Source of the DNA: Candidatus Nanohaloarchaea archaeon
Lineage (GTDB): Archaea; Nanohalarchaeota; Nanosalinia; Nanosalinales; Nanosalinaceae
Assembly: GCA_014297435.1 (NCBI GenBank)
Contig: JACOQA010000004.1
Coordinates: 64,001-128,000 of the forward strand
Length of the DNA stretch: 64,000 nucleotides
Reading direction: 5' to 3'
Positions 40,443-49,250 of this stretch are shown here, one piece after another. Each line of letters opens with the position of its first letter. The first letter of the stretch is position 1. The notes below the pieces were generated by a model. It was not told the DNA's origin. It worked only from the letters and a program-made list of their open reading frames with translations, and ran no database searches. The position numbers and the translations under genes were made by a program.

Positions 40443-41285
40443 CTATTCTGGTTTCTCCGGTCCTTCAGGCGGTTCTTCTGAGTGATGCCAGAGCATGTCG
40501 AATACAGGCTCCATCGTATCCTGAGCCATGTGGTCTGACTTGGTCCAGAAAGCTGTGTCCTGTGTCTCGTGTACTTCGTCGTGTGTCATCGACATGGTTA
40601 ATGCATCGTTGTCGATGATCGCAAATCTTCCCTCGGGTACGTCGAACTCGTCTTTACCTTCCATGTGTTTGACTTCTGCGTGTTCGGAAACTGCTTCGTA
40701 TGCGTCCCTGTTCTTGTCAGTTACAGGCGCGAGAATCTTCAGGTTAACTCCTGCATCTTTGGCTTCTTCGATTACATCTGCATGGTTCTCGTAAAGGTTG
40801 TTCAGACCTTCTTCCGAGGTCGCGATCTTGATCGATTCCTCTGCTTCTTTGAACATGGTTCCCATGTGCTGGTTGATCTGGTGGTGTCCTTTGAGGGAGC
40901 CAGACATTTCCTCTGGTTCAACTAGTTCAAGACCCTGGTCGTAGAGGTCTTCTAGTTCGTTGACGGCTTCTGAGTCTTTGAAACTGTCAAGTTTTTCTAG
41001 TTTATCCTCCAGATCGCGCTCGTGGCTTTTCTTTATGTTTTCTATGGCTTGCTGAGGAGGGATTGCCACGTATTCCATAGGTTGGGAGGATTTGATTACT
41101 GCGAAGCCTTTCTCCGCTAGTGATTCGAGAACGTCGTAAGCTCTGGATCGAGGGACGTTTGTCATCTCCGACAGCTCTCCGGCTGTCGACACACTCCGCC
41201 CTAGGAGCGCTGAGTATATTTTTCTTTCATACATGTTCAATCCGATGTCTTCTAGCTTGTCCAGAGTTTCTTGGCTTGCGACCAT
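40443..41285 (-). CDS. TrmB family transcriptional regulator (TrmBL2-like)
   Basis: GLNMYE..IYSAL, VPRSRAYDVLESL; PLD-like C-terminal domain. Confidence 0.9.
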   Translation of the reverse strand: MVASQETLDKLEDIGLNMYERKIYSALLGRSVSTAGELSEMTNVPRSRAYDVLESLAEKGFAVIKSSQPMEYVAIPPQQAIENIKKSHERDLEDKLEKLDSFKDSEAVNELEDLYDQGLELVEPEEMSGSLKGHHQINQHMGTMFKEAEESIKIATSEEGLNNLYENHADVIEEAKDAGVNLKILAPVTDKNRDAYEAVSEHAEVKHMEGKDEFDVPEGRFAIIDNDALTMSMTHDEVHETQDTAFWTKSDHMAQDTMEPVFDMLWHHSEEPPEGPEKPE

Positions 41286-41403
41286 GTTTTTTACACCTTC
41301 TATTAACAAAACTTTTCAGTACGGCAGTTATAAACCTTATCCGGCTGTTTACCGCCTGACCAGATAAGTTTATTATCGCCTAGTAATAATTACTACTGAA
41401 GAT

Positions 41404-42048
41404 TTATAAATACTTGTTCGCCCTCTTCCTGAGTTTAGTCAGAAAGCCTCCTGCCTTCTTTCCATAAATTTCTCTCTCCTCATGAAGACCTTTCCACTCA
41501 AGACCGTCAAAAGCCGAACCAACCTGATTTCCATAACCATCATAGAAACAGACCTCGTTCAAACCAAACTTGGAAGGTCTCTCGACTTCATCCAAAGAAA
41601 AGCCAAAACCCAGGATATCAAGAGGCTCTTTTCCTGTAGGCACACCAAACTGTTCAGAAACCCTTTCGGGATCAAAACCCCCGATCCAGCAAGAACCTAT
41701 ACCTTCTTCCTCAGCAACCAGCCTCATGTTCTGAACCGCACAAGCAGCCTCGGCATTACACGCCTCTCTTGCCATATGATCGCTGAACCTGCGGGACATC
41801 CTGTCAATATCTCCCAGAATAATTACTGCAGTTGGAACCTCCTCCAACCTGTGGTCGCCCGCAGATTCTGAAAGAAACTCCTTCTTGTGCTCGTCCTCAA
41901 CTACGATAAATTCAAGGCTTTGAACGTTTCCTGGCGAAGGCGCGTTCCTTCCCGCCTCCAGAACCTTCCCCATGGACTTCCGGGGGATAGTATCATCTTT
42001 ACAGCTCCTGAAAGATTTGAGACCAAGCACTGAATCGAAGACGCTCAT
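41404..42048 (-). CDS. Nitroreductase family protein
   Basis: APSPGNVQ..FIVV, QNMRLVA..GIGSCWIG. Confidence 0.9.
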   Translation of the reverse strand: MSVFDSVLGLKSFRSCKDDTIPRKSMGKVLEAGRNAPSPGNVQSLEFIVVEDEHKKEFLSESAGDHRLEEVPTAVIILGDIDRMSRRFSDHMAREACNAEAACAVQNMRLVAEEEGIGSCWIGGFDPERVSEQFGVPTGKEPLDILGFGFSLDEVERPSKFGLNEVCFYDGYGNQVGSAFDGLEWKGLHEEREIYGKKAGGFLTKLRKRANKYL

Positions 42049-42101
42049 AATAAATTGGTTGGTGCCCACGGTTTAAACCTTTCAGCCCGAAAAATTCTCT
42101 C

Positions 42102-44813
42102 ATGAAGTATTCAAAACTAGTTGAAAAATACAAGCAGCTTGAGGAAACACAGTCCACACTCGACAAAACAGATATTCTAGCAGAACTCTATTCCGAGAAC
42201 CCGGAAAACCTGGAATCTTTGGTGCTTCTATCTATGGGAAGACCTTTTCCTGACTGGAAGGACCTAGATCTCGGTATCTCAAGCAAGACCATGGTAGATA
42301 TAATTAAAGAGGCGACAGGAAGATCGGAGGATGAGATAGAAAGTGTCTGGAAAGAAAAAGGCGATCTTGGAGTTGCCGCTGAAAAAATGGTGGAGAAAAA
42401 AACCCAGCGGCGTCTGATGACCAAAGAATTAACGGTTGAACGCGTGATGGATAAACTGGAGAAAGTGGCAACAATGGGCGAAGGTGGAGGCGAAACGGGC
42501 AGCGTTTCGATGGCTACGAAGAAGAAAGAAGTAGCAGATCTAGTTTCATCCGCAGAACCTGAAGAGGCTAAATGGGTGACCAGAATATTCCTTCAGAACC
42601 TCCGGCTTGGAGTAGCAGAAGGACTTGTTCGAGACGCATTAGCTGAAGCATTTTTCGATGGCAAAAACACCGATATAATCCAGCACGCATACGACCTGAC
42701 CAACGACTTCACCGAGGTAGCGAAAGCCTGCACTGAAGGGGTCGAAGCGCTCGAAGAACTGGAGATAGAGGTCTTCAGACCTATCAACTCGATGCTGGCG
42801 AAGAAAGTTGATACTATCGAAGAAGGTTTCGAATCTGTAGGCGAACCTGCCGCAATCGACTACAAATACGATGGCATGAGATGTATCTCAGGTTATACTC
42901 CGATATACGTAAAGGATAAAGGGATCGTGTCTGTACGCGATGTCAAGAAAGGCGATAAGGTTTTAACACATAAAGGGCGGTTTAAGAAGGTTGAAGCAAA
43001 AAGCAAACGTCAAATAGACAGTGACGAAGATGTTTTCCGATTCTCAAGTTATCTCGGCAACGACTTCAAAATCACGGAAGGTCACGAAATTCTAACAGAT
43101 GAAGGCTGGATAAACGTTGAAGACCTGGAAAATGAGAGACTTGTTTTTCCCATACCCGACATAGAAGTTGATACCGACAAGCCTTCAGATCTCAACTTGA
43201 AAAGAAATGGCGGCTACAAAAAGAAGATAGAATTGACGCCCGAAGTATGGAAAATAATAGGTTTCTGGGTCGGAGATGGATATTCAAACAAAGCAAACGG
43301 AAACCAAAGAATAGGCCTAGTATTCAACGAAGAGGAAAAGGAACGATTCCAAGAATATCGGGAATTAGTGAAAAATAATCTTAAAATTCCCGAGAACGAA
43401 CTCAGAACACATTCTCACAACGACGGCAAGACCCTCTACTGGACTGACCCGCCTTTCCTAAGGTGGATGTCAAAGAACTTTAGAAAACAAGATCAGAGCG
43501 GCTGGAAAGATAAACGGGCGCCCGAATGGTTCTGGAAGCTCACAGAAGAAGAATTCAGAAGTTTCTTAGACGGTTGGATTGAAGCAGACGGCCAAAAAGA
43601 CGAGAAAGGAAAATGGAAGAACGTTACAACTAAAGAAAGATCTCTAGCAACAAAAGCCCAACTTATCGCTTCAAAACACGGCATAAAATCCGGTATTCGA
43701 AAACTAAGAATAGATGGAAGTACCTATTATCGCCTAGTTTTCACCGTATCAAACAAGCATGTGGAAATCGACGGAAATAAAATGAAATTGAGAATTCTAA
43801 AGAAAGAGAGACTTTCGCGTAACTCCCCTAAAGAAGTAGATCCTCGACAGAAAGTATATAATCTTCAGGTAACCGACGATGAAAGTTACTGCACCACCAC
43901 TGTTGCACTACATAACTGTCAGATACATAAGAAAAAGGATGAAGTGAAGCTATTCACTAGAAGGCTTGAGGATGTCACTAAACAGTTCCCGGATGTTGTA
44001 GAGGCGGTTAAGAACAATATTGATGCCGAAAAATGTATTATAGATACCGAGATCTTGGCCTACGATCCTGATACAGGTTCTACGATCCCGTTCCAGAAGC
44101 TTTCGAAACGTATCAAGAGAAAATACGATATCCAGAAACTGAAAAAGGAGATACCTGTAGAGGTAAGACCTTTCGATGTTATCTACCTAGAAGGTTCGAT
44201 GCTTGAGGAGAACTATAGTGAGAGATGGTCGAAGCTCGGAGAAATTGTGGAAGAGGAGAAACAGGAGTTGAGACTGGTAGACCACTTTGAAACCTCTGAG
44301 GAAGAAAGAGTCCAGGAACTTCAACAGAAAGCTCTGTCTGAAGGTCATGAGGGTATAATGATGAAAGCTTTAGATGCCAGATACAAACCCGGTAACCGTG
44401 TCGGATACATGGTTAAGTTGAAGCCTGTCATGGAGACACTGGATCTTGCGATTATCGGTGCGAAGTGGGGCGAAGGTCGACGTAGCGGCTGGCTTTCCCG
44501 ATTGAAACTTGGTTGCTGGGACGATAAGTCAGGCGAATATAAGATGGTTGGACGTATGGCCACAGGTCTAACTGATGAGCAATTGGAAGAGATAACTGAG
44601 AAACTTGAACCTTTGATTGTAAGCGAGGATGGACGAGATGTTGACGTAAGACCTGAAGTTATCGTGGAGGCGGAGTACGAGGAGATACAGAAAAGTCCTA
44701 ACTATTCTTCAGGTTACGCCTTGAGATTTCCACGTATGAAGCAGTTCCGGGATGATAAGGAAAACGCCGACTCACGTGAAAAAGTGGTTAATCTGTACGA
44801 GGATCAAAATTAA
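42102..44813 (+). CDS. lig: ATP-dependent DNA ligase precursor containing an intein (558 aa after splicing)
   Basis: KYDGMR motif I, EGIMMK, YKPGNR, LRFPR. Confidence 0.96.
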   Translation: MKYSKLVEKYKQLEETQSTLDKTDILAELYSENPENLESLVLLSMGRPFPDWKDLDLGISSKTMVDIIKEATGRSEDEIESVWKEKGDLGVAAEKMVEKKTQRRLMTKELTVERVMDKLEKVATMGEGGGETGSVSMATKKKEVADLVSSAEPEEAKWVTRIFLQNLRLGVAEGLVRDALAEAFFDGKNTDIIQHAYDLTNDFTEVAKACTEGVEALEELEIEVFRPINSMLAKKVDTIEEGFESVGEPAAIDYKYDGMRCISGYTPIYVKDKGIVSVRDVKKGDKVLTHKGRFKKVEAKSKRQIDSDEDVFRFSSYLGNDFKITEGHEILTDEGWINVEDLENERLVFPIPDIEVDTDKPSDLNLKRNGGYKKKIELTPEVWKIIGFWVGDGYSNKANGNQRIGLVFNEEEKERFQEYRELVKNNLKIPENELRTHSHNDGKTLYWTDPPFLRWMSKNFRKQDQSGWKDKRAPEWFWKLTEEEFRSFLDGWIEADGQKDEKGKWKNVTTKERSLATKAQLIASKHGIKSGIRKLRIDGSTYYRLVFTVSNKHVEIDGNKMKLRILKKERLSRNSPKEVDPRQKVYNLQVTDDESYCTTTVALHNCQIHKKKDEVKLFTRRLEDVTKQFPDVVEAVKNNIDAEKCIIDTEILAYDPDTGSTIPFQKLSKRIKRKYDIQKLKKEIPVEVRPFDVIYLEGSMLEENYSERWSKLGEIVEEEKQELRLVDHFETSEEERVQELQQKALSEGHEGIMMKALDARYKPGNRVGYMVKLKPVMETLDLAIIGAKWGEGRRSGWLSRLKLGCWDDKSGEYKMVGRMATGLTDEQLEEITEKLEPLIVSEDGRDVDVRPEVIVEAEYEEIQKSPNYSSGYALRFPRMKQFRDDKENADSREKVVNLYEDQN
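42882..43916 (+). mobile_element. Intein with LAGLIDADG homing endonuclease (345 aa)
   Basis: Starts CISGYTPI; ITEGHEIL block B; IIGFWVGDG and FLDGWIEADG; VYNLQV block F; ends LHN with Cys+1. Confidence 0.95.
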
Positions 44814-44836
44814 AGAAAAAAGGTAGAAATGGGTTT

Positions 44837-45202
44837 TTAGTCGTGTTTCTGTGCTTTGTGAATGCTTAGTCCTCTCGAAGTGTCGAAAGTTCTTCCACAT
44901 TCTTCACAGGTATGTCCTTCCTGTTCTACAGCTTCCTTGACCTGTTCCTGCGTCTGTTCAACTGAGGAACTTGTGTCTTCTTCGGTCTGGAACTGCTGCT
45001 GGAGACCTTCTCTGCTGTCCTTCTCTTTCCTCATCTTCCACTCATCGCTTTCAAGCCAGACTACAAACGCTCCTACAAGTACTAGAAGCGGTCCAATTCC
45101 TGCCTGGACTAGATTTACGAGTTGTTCGAAGTAGGTTACTGAGGAGAAGACTCCTACGATAACCATTACGGCTCCAATCAGAATCTTTAATGCCGGATTC
45201 AT
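44837..45202 (-). CDS. Membrane protein with C-terminal C2H2 zinc finger
   Basis: Two TM helices, then CEECGRTF..RGLSIHKAQKH. Confidence 0.8.
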   Translation of the reverse strand: MNPALKILIGAVMVIVGVFSSVTYFEQLVNLVQAGIGPLLVLVGAFVVWLESDEWKMRKEKDSREGLQQQFQTEEDTSSSVEQTQEQVKEAVEQEGHTCEECGRTFDTSRGLSIHKAQKHD

Positions 45203-45264
45203 AGTATCACAGAGGAATAATAACACATCGATGTTTTATGTGTTTCGGCTCCCCAGTACTCAAT

Positions 45265-45813
45265 ATGCTCCGGAAAACAATCACTCTTGTCACAAGTAAC
45301 GAGGACAAGCTTGAATCCTTCAGGAATGCCTCTAAAAATACCGAGATAAATTTTGAGAGAAAAAATATCGACTACCCGGAAGACCATGACTCGAATTCAA
45401 CGTCAGAGATAGCAGAGAAAGGCGCAAACCACTGCTTCGAAAAACTTGGGGAACCCGTAATAGTGACGGATATAGGCTTATTTATCGACTCGCTGAACGG
45501 TTTCCCGGGCGTCAACACAAGTTTTGTCCTTGATACAATCGGAAATCAGGGGCTCCTCAAACTTCTTGAAAACGAGGAAAACAGGAACGCAGAGGTCAAA
45601 CTATCCATAGGATACTGCGACAAAGAGAGGAACTTTTCAGTAACAGCCTCAACCAAAGGAACGATCACGGAGAAACAGAGAGGTGAAGGATTTGGTTTCG
45701 ATCCAGTATTCAGACCAAAAGGTTTCGATAAGACGTTCGGAGAGGATCCTAAGATGCGGGACAGAGAGTCTCCGAGAAAGGATGCGATAGAAAAGTTTCT
45801 GAAAAAACTTTAG
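45265..45813 (+). CDS. rdgB: Non-canonical purine NTP pyrophosphatase (RdgB/HAM1)
   Basis: VTSNEDK, D.GLFIDSLNGFPG, GFGFDPVF, SPR. Confidence 0.9.
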   Translation: MLRKTITLVTSNEDKLESFRNASKNTEINFERKNIDYPEDHDSNSTSEIAEKGANHCFEKLGEPVIVTDIGLFIDSLNGFPGVNTSFVLDTIGNQGLLKLLENEENRNAEVKLSIGYCDKERNFSVTASTKGTITEKQRGEGFGFDPVFRPKGFDKTFGEDPKMRDRESPRKDAIEKFLKKL

Positions 45814-45944
45814 ATTGCTTGTATGGAACCATTTTCGGAAGGTTTCTGAAGGGAGGTAGTTCCATACATAGGCTTCACTAGCAGGTGCAAGCGCCACCGT
45901 TTATAATATTTTGCTTCTTCATAAAGACTACGAGGTTATCAAAA

Positions 45945-46520
45945 GTGGGATACTACGAGTACGCTAAGGACCAGTACGAGCAGCCTAAGGAGAATCTTGA
46001 TGAACTCTGGCAGCAGCGTCTGGTCGAATGGAGGCAGCAAGACTCAATCATAAGTGTCGAAAACCCGACGAGACTTCCAAAAGCAAGAGAACTCGGCTAC
46101 AAAGCAAAGAAAGGTTTCAACACCGCCCGAGTAAAAGTAAAGAAGGGGGCTACAAAGAGGAAAAGACCTGCAGGCGGAAGAAGCCCAAGAAGATCCGGTC
46201 AGAGCCGTTACAGCTCCAAAAAATCGAAGCAGGTAATTGCAGAGCAGAGGGCTGCTAAGAAGTTCTCCAACCTTGAAGTACTCAACTCCTATTGGGTATG
46301 TGAGGACGGAAACTACAAATGGTATGAGATCATCATGGTCGACCCTGAAAGACCTGAGATCCAGAACGATGACGACATCAACTGGATCTGCGATCAGGAA
46401 AACAGAGCTGAGAGAGGCGTAACACCAGCAGCCAAGAAGTCCAGAGGACTTCAGAACAAAGGGACCGGCGCAGAGAAGGTAAGACCTTCGATCTCCAGCA
46501 ACAAGGACAAAGGGAAATAA
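45945..46520 (+). CDS. rpl15e: Ribosomal protein L15e
   Basis: PTRLPKARELGYKAK, LEVLNSYWV; GTG start at 45945. Confidence 0.97.
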   Translation: MGYYEYAKDQYEQPKENLDELWQQRLVEWRQQDSIISVENPTRLPKARELGYKAKKGFNTARVKVKKGATKRKRPAGGRSPRRSGQSRYSSKKSKQVIAEQRAAKKFSNLEVLNSYWVCEDGNYKWYEIIMVDPERPEIQNDDDINWICDQENRAERGVTPAAKKSRGLQNKGTGAEKVRPSISSNKDKGK

Positions 46521-46574
46521 ATTCTCCTCCTTCTTTCTTAAAACGTTAAATTCTTCCTTCAAGATCTTTCTTAT

Positions 46575-47192
46575 ATGACAAACTACTACGAAACCTGTTT
46601 GAGAGAAACTTCAGACGAGATTAAGCAGAAGACCTCAGATTTAGGCTGGGAGTCAACTAACTGCGACTACGAAACAGTTTTTCTTGAAGCCGAGAATTGG
46701 GGAGAACTGAAACGAAAAATTGACCGGAACCGTGGAGACGCCGACATACTAGTGTTCAAGGGCGGCGACGAACAGCTTAACCGTAAAGCCGCTGAGTCCT
46801 CGAGAATTGACGTTCTACTTCATCCCGAAAAAGGCAGAAAGGATTCAGGTATCGATCATGTAGTGGCTGAGAAAGCTGCAGATAATCATGTAGCTATAGG
46901 ATTTGATCTAAAGCAGTTACTGGAGAAGGAAGGAAAGCACCGTTCTTTTGTTTTGAAGCACTGGCGCAGGAACCTGAAGCTGTGCGAAAAATACGGAACA
47001 CCTTATGTAATTACATCTGGAGCCAGCGAAAAACTGGATTTGAGAGCTCCAAGAGATCTTAAAGCTATAATAGACTCTCTGGGTTTCGAAGGACGTAAGT
47101 CAGTATCTGATTATCCTAAGAGAATACTTGAAAGATCCGAGAATGTTGAAAGTCAGGTTCGGTCTGGAGTAGAGGAGGTCGATAGAGAATGA
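46575..47192 (+). CDS. rnp3: RNase P protein Rpp30
   Basis: NRKAAE, IDHV, ITSGA..DLRAPRD; rpl15e neighbourhood. Confidence 0.9.
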   Translation: MTNYYETCLRETSDEIKQKTSDLGWESTNCDYETVFLEAENWGELKRKIDRNRGDADILVFKGGDEQLNRKAAESSRIDVLLHPEKGRKDSGIDHVVAEKAADNHVAIGFDLKQLLEKEGKHRSFVLKHWRRNLKLCEKYGTPYVITSGASEKLDLRAPRDLKAIIDSLGFEGRKSVSDYPKRILERSENVESQVRSGVEEVDRE

Positions 47193-47521
47193 AAAGGCTT
47201 CCTCCTTCGATTAGACAAAAAAAGAGGTATGTAAGATTCAATATTCACTCAGAATCAAATTTTGATCTTGGAGAGGTTGTAGATTGTTTCTGGGACGCTG
47301 TTATTGATTTTTCTGGAGTTCAGGGAAGTTCAAAGATCGATCCATGGATTATAGGAAATACTTTTGACGAGACAAAGCAGGAGGGAGTAGTTAAAGTTCG
47401 AAGATCTGAGGTAGAGAGTTTTAGAGCCGCAATTACACTTGTTGAAAATATAGGCGGAGAAGATGCTTTTGTAGAGGTGATTCAGGTTTCAGGCTCGCTT
47501 GATAAGGTTAAACGTAGTTGA
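47189..47521 (+). CDS. rnp2: RNase P protein Pop5
   Basis: LPPSIRQKKRYV, VSGS. Confidence 0.92.
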   Translation: MKRLPPSIRQKKRYVRFNIHSESNFDLGEVVDCFWDAVIDFSGVQGSSKIDPWIIGNTFDETKQEGVVKVRRSEVESFRAAITLVENIGGEDAFVEVIQVSGSLDKVKRS

Positions 47522-47690
47522 GGATGTTGAATTTCTCTGTTATGAAGTCGATTATGCTTCCGATATCAGGAAGTTGAGGTCTGTAGAGTCCAGGAGGGTC
47601 CTGTGCGTAGACGAATACGAAGAGTACTACTACGACCAATAGAATGAAGAAGCTCAACAGAACTAAGTTTTTTCTCTGTGAGGGATTCAT
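47508..47690 (-). CDS. Small single-TM hypothetical protein
   Basis: 60 aa with an N-terminal hydrophobic helix. Confidence 0.55.
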   Translation of the reverse strand: MNPSQRKNLVLLSFFILLVVVVLFVFVYAQDPPGLYRPQLPDIGSIIDFITEKFNILNYV

Positions 47691-47866
47691 CCGGACATTT
47701 TAAGATGTAATATCTATTTTTATACAAGTTCTGTAGGACTTGTTTCCAACTGTTTCAACACTACGGCATCCCACCTTTTAAAAGAGTTTATTTTAAATAC
47801 AGATATACTTCATTTAAAAAGGCGTTATCGGTTTTCTCAGAACGCCACCCCGAGGTGAACCAAACA

Positions 47867-48430
47867 ATGAGCGAAGAAGGTTTTGACGAGGACGACGGAA
47901 TAAAAATCGAGAACGTAGTTGCTTCCACCACACTAGACAGGAGGATGCCCCTCGACAGGATAGCGATCTACCTAGAAAACACCGAATACGAACCAGAACA
48001 GTTCCCAGGACTAGTATACAGACTGGAAGAACCAAAGGCCGCAGCACTACTGTTCGGATCAGGCAAAGTTGTATGTACAGGAACACAGAGCCCGGACATG
48101 GCAAAAGAAGCCGTACACAAGATCATCGACGAACTAAGAGAAGCAGACGTCGAGATCGGAACAAAGCCAGAGATCACAGTACAGAACATGGTCGCATCAT
48201 CAGAACTCGACCACACACTCAACCTGAACAGGATTGCATTCGAACTAGTCGGTACAGAGTACGAACCAGAACAGTTCCCAGGACTAGTATACAGGATCGA
48301 AGAACCAAACGTAGTATTCCTACTCTTCTCATCAGGAAGAATCGTTTGTACAGGAGGAAGAACCTACGAAGATGTCCGCAACGGCATCAACAAGCTAAAA
48401 GAGAACCTCGAGGAGATCGGGGCTCTCTAA
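47867..48430 (+). CDS. tbp: TATA-box binding protein
   Basis: Two YEPEQFPGLVYR repeats, FGSGKVVCTG; GAGGTGA SD before ATG 47867. Confidence 0.98.
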   Translation: MSEEGFDEDDGIKIENVVASTTLDRRMPLDRIAIYLENTEYEPEQFPGLVYRLEEPKAAALLFGSGKVVCTGTQSPDMAKEAVHKIIDELREADVEIGTKPEITVQNMVASSELDHTLNLNRIAFELVGTEYEPEQFPGLVYRIEEPNVVFLLFSSGRIVCTGGRTYEDVRNGINKLKENLEEIGAL

Positions 48431-48448
48431 AAGCAATTCTCTTTATTC

Positions 48449-48895
48449 TTAATATTTCTCTAAAGCCTTCAAGGCAGCCCTTCTAGCATTCTCCGGAATA
48501 TCATCAAGCTCTTCAATCTCACTTTTAGAGAACCACTCAATATCCTCCTCACTGTACTCGTAGTCATTCACTCTTCCAGTTATCTTCCCCATGTACTGAA
48601 ACTCGAGATGCCAGTGACCATCTTTAATCCTGTGAAGGTTGACGTTGAAAGGTTCCGGAAGATCAGTAGAACCATCTCCGTACTCTTCTACAGAACCGAC
48701 AATACTAATTTCATGGCCAGTCTCCTCCAAAACTTCTCTTTTAGCAGTCTCCGTAGGAGTCTCGCCTTCCTCTACATGTCCGCCGGGCTGCAACCACATA
48801 TCTAGCTTCTTATGATTCAATAACAAGACTCTACCGTCCTTGACAATATAGGCGCCCGCCGTGAAATCTCTGTCAGCGTCTTTAGGAACCTTCAT
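48449..48895 (-). CDS. NUDIX hydrolase
   Basis: PGGHVEEGETPTETAKREVLEETG Nudix box. Confidence 0.92.
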   Translation of the reverse strand: MKVPKDADRDFTAGAYIVKDGRVLLLNHKKLDMWLQPGGHVEEGETPTETAKREVLEETGHEISIVGSVEEYGDGSTDLPEPFNVNLHRIKDGHWHLEFQYMGKITGRVNDYEYSEEDIEWFSKSEIEELDDIPENARRAALKALEKY

Positions 48896-48901
48896 ATCCA
48901 A

Positions 48902-49198
48902 TTACCAGTCAATACTCCGGACTTTTTCAGTAATCTCTTCCGCTAGCTCAATATCCTTTTCGGTTATTGCTTCCTCTTCATGGCTCCATAGATCGATCTC
49001 TACAGCTCCATACTCAACTTTAACTTCGGGATGGTGGAAGTGGGATTCTGCGAGTGTAAATACTGTGTTTGCGAAGAAAACAGATTTCTTGTAGTCATCG
49101 AACTCTATTCGGGTAGATAGTTTTCCGGCTTCGAGACCCCATATTTCTAGGTCTTCAAGCGCTTCTTTAAGTTCTTCATCTTCAAGTCGTTCGGCCAT
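48902..49198 (-). CDS. Pterin-4-alpha-carbinolamine dehydratase
   Basis: AESHFHHPE, LWSH...ITEKDIELA. Confidence 0.9.
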   Translation of the reverse strand: MAERLEDEELKEALEDLEIWGLEAGKLSTRIEFDDYKKSVFFANTVFTLAESHFHHPEVKVEYGAVEIDLWSHEEEAITEKDIELAEEITEKVRSIDW

Positions 49199-49250
49199 AG
49201 CTTTTCTGGTGTAGTGAATCCTTTTCAGCTTTTCCGCCCCATATTACAAT

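Noticed and set aside
47987-48294. Perfect 35-nt repeat within tbp (47987-48021 and 48260-48294)
   Set aside because: Encodes the known TBP internal repeat YEPEQFPGLVYR. Strong A/C-ending codon bias in this gene can explain the identity, though gene conversion is not excluded.
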